A DNA stretch of 64,000 nucleotides, taken from assembly GCA_014905635.1 (NCBI GenBank), contig JABVCE010000013.1:1-64000 (forward strand), in the 5' to 3' direction. The number at the start of each line of letters is the position of its first letter. The stretch's first letter is position 1. Below are positions 58,968 to 64,000 of this stretch, one piece after another. The notes under the pieces were generated by a model that was given only the letters and a program-made list of their open reading frames with translations, ran no database searches and was not told where the DNA came from. The translations under genes were made by a program, and so were the position numbers. The stretch comes from Scenedesmus sp. PABB004. Taxonomy: Eukaryota.

Positions 58968-61734
58968 ATGGCCGACAACCTGCAGGTGGGGGCCCCGCCG
59001 CGCCGCAGCGGCCTTCGCCGTCGGGGCAGATCAGCCCACTGGGCGTTGTGGCGGCGGTCCAGGCCGTCACGCGCGGCGACGGCGCGGCGCGCTCGAACGC
59101 ATGCGCGGAGCGCCGCCCGCGGGCCACGCCGCCCCGGCGGCGCGTGATCCCGCGGCCATGGACGAGGGGACGCGCGTCGAAGCTCTTGGGGCAGCCGCCG
59201 CGGCCGCCAGCGCCGCCGAGGGGCAGCAGCGCGGCGGCAACCGCCGCGCCCGCTGCCGCCGCGCCGCGCCGCGCGCCGCGCGCAGGAGCAGATGGCCATG
59301 ATGACCATGGACCCCGAGGACTTCGTCTCGCACCTCACGCCCGCGCTGCGCGCGCGCGTCGAGGAGCTCCAGGCGCGGCGCTGCGCCGGCCGCAAGCGCC
59401 GCGCCGCCGGCGGCCCCGCCCGGCGGCGCAGCCGCGGCCATGCGGCGGCCCGGAGCAGCACCCGGCCGGGGCAGGGCGCCGGCTGGCGGCCCCTGCCTGG
59501 GCACGCAGCCGCCTGTCGCAGCCGCCGGCCGCAGCCGCAGCCGCTGCGGCCGCCGCCGGCCGCAGCCGCCGGTCGCCGCGCCCAACCCCCTCCGACCCCG
59601 CCGCCCCTGTTTGTTTGTTTGTGCGCGGCGCGCAGGACCTGCAAGAGAAGCATGACGAGCTGGAGAAGGCGTTCCGCAAGGAGCGCGCCGAGCTGGAGGA
59701 GAAGTACGCCAAGCTCTACGGTGCGCAGCGGCGGCGCCGCTGCGGCGCCGCGGCGGACGCAGCCGGGCGGCAAGCAGCGGCACGCGGCGGCTGCAGCGAC
59801 GGGGGCGCCGCCGAGCGCCGCGCGACCGCCCGCCCGCCCGCCCGCCCGCCCGCGTGCCGACGCCGCGCAGCGCCGCTGTACGCGGAGCGCACCGCCATCG
59901 TGACGGGCGAGAAGGACGTGCCGCTGCCGGAGGGCGCCGACGCGCCGACCGGCGACGCGGGTGCGCCCGCGCGGCCGGCGGCTCCGCGTGCGCTGCTGGC
60001 GCCCGCGGCGAAGCGCCCGCGCCGCGCGCACCGCCCCGGCTGCCGCCGCCCCGGCTGCCCACACGCCACGCCCCGCCGCCGCGCCGCGCCGCAGAGAAGG
60101 GCATTCCCGGCTTCTGGGCGACGGTGCTGGCGCGCGCGGAGATGGTGCAGAGCGAGAAGGACGCCGACGCGCTCACCTACCTCACCAGTGCGCGCGCCGC
60201 GCCGCGCCGCGCCGCCAGCAGCGCGCGGCGCGCCGGCCGGCGGCGGCAGCGCCCGCGGCGGCGGCGGCGGCGGTCGCGGTCCAACACGCCGCGCCGCGCC
60301 GTGGCCGCGCCGTGGCCGCGCGTGCGCAGACATCACGTGCGAGACGGTGACGGGCACGAGCACGCAGCCCGCTGACGAGGAGGGCGAGGAGGAGGAGGAG
60401 GTCGAGACGACCGGCTTCAAGCTCACGTTCACGTTCAAGGAGAACCCCTACTTCACAAACACGGTGCCCGCCGCCACCCGCCGCGCGGCCGCTCGCTGCA
60501 CGCCTCCGCCCCGCCCGCTCCTCCCTTCCAGCCGTCGCGCGCGTCACACCCACAAGCGTGCGCTCGGCCGTCAAACCAACGCGCTCGCGCCCGCCCGCCC
60601 CCCTCGTGGGCCCCCGTCGCCCCCCCCAGGTGCTGACCAAGGCCTACTACATGCTCGACGACGACGAGCCCGTCCTCGAGCGCAGCGAGGGCACCGAGAT
60701 CGACTGGAAGGCGGGCAAGAACATCACCGTGAAGGCGCGCGCGGCGGCGGCAGCACGGCGGCGCGGCCGCGCTCAGGGCCCGCGCGCCTGGGCGGGAGCG
60801 TGGCACCCCGCGGCGCCCTTGCTCTCTGTTCTCTCCCTCCGTCTCCCTCTCTCCCTCCGTCTCCCTCTCTCTCTCCCCCCCCCCCCCCCCTCTCACCCGC
60901 CCTGCCCACACCTCCCGCCGTCCCTGCCGCCCAGGTGATGAAGAAGAAGCCCAAGAAGGGCGCGCGCCCCGACGCCAAGCCACAGACCAAGCTGGAGCCG
61001 GTGGAGAGCTTCTTCAACTTCTTCTCGCCCCCCCAGGCGCGGCGCCGCGACGCCGCGACGCCGCGCACCGCGCACCGCGCGCACCGCGCACCGCGCGCAC
61101 CGTGCGGTGCACCGCGCACGCCGCTGCTGCGCACGCGCAGCGCCGCTGCGACCGCCGCGCCGCGCGCCGCGGCCGCCTGACGCGGCGCCGGCCGCCCGAC
61201 GCGGCGCAGGTGCCGGACGACGACGCCGACCTGGACGGCGAGGAGATGGAGGCGCTGCACGAGGAGATTGAGGCCGACTACGACATGGGCGACACGATCA
61301 AGGCCAAGCTCATACCCCACGCCGTCGACTGGTGCGCCGCCCGCGCGGGCGCCGCCTCGCGCTGGCCGCGCACGCCTACTCGTGGCCCCCGCGCCGCGCC
61401 GCGCCGCGCCGCGCCGCGCCGCGCCGCGCTGTGCGCGCCTGACCCGGCGCGTCGCGCAGGTTCACGGGCGAGGCGCTGGACGAGGAGGGCATGGGCATGT
61501 TTGGCGGCGACGAGGACGAGGACGACGACGACGACAGCGACGACGAGGGGCAGCCACGCAAGCCGCGCGGTGCGGGCGGCGGAGCGGGGGCAGCGGGGGC
61601 AGCGGGGAGCGCGCCGCGCGCCGCGCGCTGCGCGCGCTCACGGCCGCCGCCGCGCCCCGCGCCGCGCAGGCCGCGCCGGCGGCGCCAAGGGCGGCGCGGG
61701 CGGCGAGCAGCCCCAGGAGTGCAAGCAGCAGTAG
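58968..61734 (+). CDS. NAP1: Nucleosome assembly protein 1, about 11 exons
   Basis: [68 protein letters not shown], acidic tail, C-terminal CKQQ. Confidence 0.96.
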
Positions 61735-62125
61735 GCGCGGGCTGCCCAGCGGCGGCGGGGTGCAGGGCGCGGGCTGCGTGCATGCGTGTGCACGCGCGGC
61801 CGCTGCGCGCGCAGCGCGCGCGGGCGGCGGAGGGGCGCGAGCGCGGCAGGGGGCGGGGCTGCATGTGACCGCCACGCGTCGCCCGTGACCGCTGCCCGCG
61901 CCCCCACGCATGCGCGCTCGCCGCGCCGCGCCGCCTGGACCCCGCGTGACGAGCAGCAGCGGGCGGCGCGCCGCCGCCCCACGCGCGCGCGCGGCGCCGC
62001 GCGCCCCGCACAGCCCGCTCTCGCCCGTACGCCGCCGCCCCGCTGCCCTCCACAGCACCGGCGCCCGCCTCGCTCGCCCCACGTCGCAGCCCCGGCCCCC
62101 CCTTGGCCAGCTCCCGCCTTCTTTC

Positions 62126-62887
62126 ATGACCGACGTCGTTGAGCCGAGCGTCGTTCCTGGCGGCTTCGGTGCGGGCAGGGGCGCGCGGGGGCTGCGGGGG
62201 GCGCGGGGCGCGGCGCGCTGCTGATTGCCGGCCGCCCCGCGCCGCAGACGCGTTTGCGGACGCGGCCGAGCAGGAGGAGAACACCGCGGGTGTGGACTAT
62301 GTCCACATCCGCGTGCAACAGCGCAACGGCAAGAAGAGCCTGACCACCGTGCAGGTGCGCGCATGCGCCACCCGCCGCGGCGCCCCCGCGCCGCGCCGGG
62401 GCCCCCGCCTGACCCGCCGTGGCGCGCAGGGCCTCAAGAAGTCGTATGACTACAAGAAGGTGCTGAAGGCGCTCAAGAAGGGTGCGCCGCGGGCCGGGGA
62501 GGCCGCGTTTGCCGCCGCGCGCGCCCGCGGCGCCCGCGCGACGCCCCCGCGCCGCCGTCCGCAGAGTTCTGCTGCAACGGCACCGTGGTGGATGACCCCG
62601 AGCTCGGCCAGGTGGGCCCCCGCGGTCTGAGCGCGCCGGGGCGGGCGCCTCCGCGCTGGCGCGCCCGCCTGCCGCGCCGCCCGGGCGCTCCGGGCGCCGG
62701 GGGCGCGCCCCCGGCGGCGCCGCGCCCGCGGCGACGCCCTCACGCGCCGCATGGCCACCGCCGCCGCCCGCACGTGCCGCGCCGGCAGGTCATTCAGCTC
62801 CAGGGCGACCAGCGCAAGAACGTGCTCCAGTTCCTCACCCAGGAGGGCCTGGTCAAGAAGGACCTGATCAAGATCCACGGCTTCTGA
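62126..62887 (+). CDS. EIF1: Eukaryotic translation initiation factor 1 (SUI1), 5 exons
   Basis: YVHIRVQQRNGKKSLTTVQGL, KKEFCCNGTVVDDPELGQVIQLQGDQR, IKIHGF*. Confidence 0.98.
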
Positions 62888-63762
62888 GCCCGCGCCGGCG
62901 CGCGGGCCAGGGCGCGCGCCGCGCGCGCGAGCGGCGGCGGCGACGACGCGGCAGCAGCAGTTGCGGCGCCGCGCAGCGCGGCGCGCGGGCGTCGCACGCG
63001 GGAGGCCGGCCGGCACCATTCGCGTGCGCCGGTCGCGGGCGGGCGCCGCGGCGGTGCGCGCGTGACGGGGCGGGAGACGGGGGCAGCAGCGGCTGGCGCG
63101 ATGTGAGGCCGCGGCCGCGGCGGGCCGCGCCGGCCGCGGCGGGGCGGCCGCTGCCGCACAGGCAGCGCCGCAGCCGCGGCCGGCGCGCGCCCGCCGCGCT
63201 GCGCGCTGCGCGCGGCGCCGCGCGCCGCCGCGCCGGCGGCGCGCCCGGCACTGCGAGGTGCTGGGTGGGCCGCGCGGCGCGGCGCGGCGCGGCCCGCGCG
63301 AGCAGCGGACGGGCAGGCAGCAGAGCGCACGGGCTGTACCAATAGGCTCGGGTAGGGGCGCCTCCCTGCGTGTCGTCGGTCCCGCGCGCGCAGCAGCAGT
63401 TGCTTCGCTCTCCTTTTTCGGCCTCGGGCCGCGCACCGATCGATTGGTGCAACCTCGCGTGTTGCCGCCGCCGCGACCGCGCGCCGCCGACTCCGCGCGC
63501 CCGCGAGCGGACAGGAGGGCGCCGACGTAAGCGTTTACAGCCGCGCACAGGCACGTGCTCGCACACACACGCAGCGCGGGGCCCGAGCAACTGCCAGCCG
63601 GGCGAGGGGCGCCCCGCCGCCCCCGGCCGGCCCCACCGGCCGGCCCCGCAGCCGCAGCTGCTGCTCCGCCCCCAGCACAGCGCACAGCGCCAGCGCGCCG
63701 CCCTCGCCCTCGCCCCGCCGCGCCCCGCTCGCGAGCCCGCCCCGCCTCGCGGCCGCCGTCCC

Positions 63763-63932
63763 TCACTGTCCCTCCATCTTCTTGAAGATGACGCAGCTGT
63801 TGTGGCCGCCAAAGCCAAAGCTGTTGCTCAGCGCCACGCGCACGTCGCGCTGCTGCTTGCCGCCGGCGCACACGACCGCGGGGTCGACGCCCGCCTCAGG
63901 GTTGGACACGTTGATGGTGGGGTGCACCCAGC
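63763..63932 (-). CDS. Last exon of a beta-ketoacyl-ACP synthase (KAS II-like); gene continues beyond the window
   Basis: GWVHPTINVSNPE...VALSNSFGFGGHNSCVIFKKMEGQ*. Not present in the ORF track. Confidence 0.9.
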
Positions 63933-64000
63933 CTGGCGGCGCGCGGCGCGGGGTGGGCGGCGGCGCGGCGCGGCGGCTGCTCGGCGCGGGCAGCGTGCCG

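Noticed and set aside
61720..61734. NAP1 C-terminal CKQQ prenylation motif as a novelty
   Set aside because: This is a known conserved farnesylation motif of plant and animal NAP1 proteins.
17612..62788. Introner-type mobile introns
   Set aside because: Introns share only low-complexity GC motifs. I saw no extended intron-to-intron identity or consistent target-site duplications.
1..64000. Hundreds of long Arg/Ala/Pro/Gly-rich ORFs on both strands (e.g. 13538-16360 +, 51539-54739 +, 7564-10008 +)
   Set aside because: These are shadow frames caused by stop-codon scarcity at very high GC. They have no motifs and overlap better-supported spliced genes.

Overview
This is eukaryotic nuclear DNA, extremely GC-rich (roughly 75-80% by eye), gene-dense, with many short (~80-200 nt) introns. 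Gene content, TGTAA/TGCAA 3' signals, transit peptides and an OPR protein point to a chlorophyte green alga; Sphaeropleales is a guess. Most ORFs in the supplied track are GC-rich shadow frames, so I spliced gene models by hand using protein motifs. The window opens with the pol and 3' LTR of a Ty1/copia retrotransposon, a hairpin-rich AT-rich element end, and a truncated duplicate of the nearby glycosyltransferase gene. Then come about 20 genes: an esterase-CBM53-CBM53-esterase protein, a GT1 glycosyltransferase, an OPR protein, ODA16/DAW1, an alginate-lyase-like secreted protein, argininosuccinate synthase, EttA-type ABC-F, PP1 inhibitor-2, CFAP57, MED8, a Cys-rich secreted protein, three small unknown proteins, a coiled-coil protein, an F-box/LRR-like protein, a 4-TM protein, an EF-hand membrane protein, NAP1, eIF1 and the last exon of a ketoacyl-ACP synthase. 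The most notable observations are (1) the putative plastid starch-binding double esterase, (2) about 30% GC-AG introns (20 of 69 by hand count, all after exonic AG), (3) the nested TE/gene-fragment duplication, and (4) the poor start context of eIF1. No database searches were run; family calls rest on recalled motifs.
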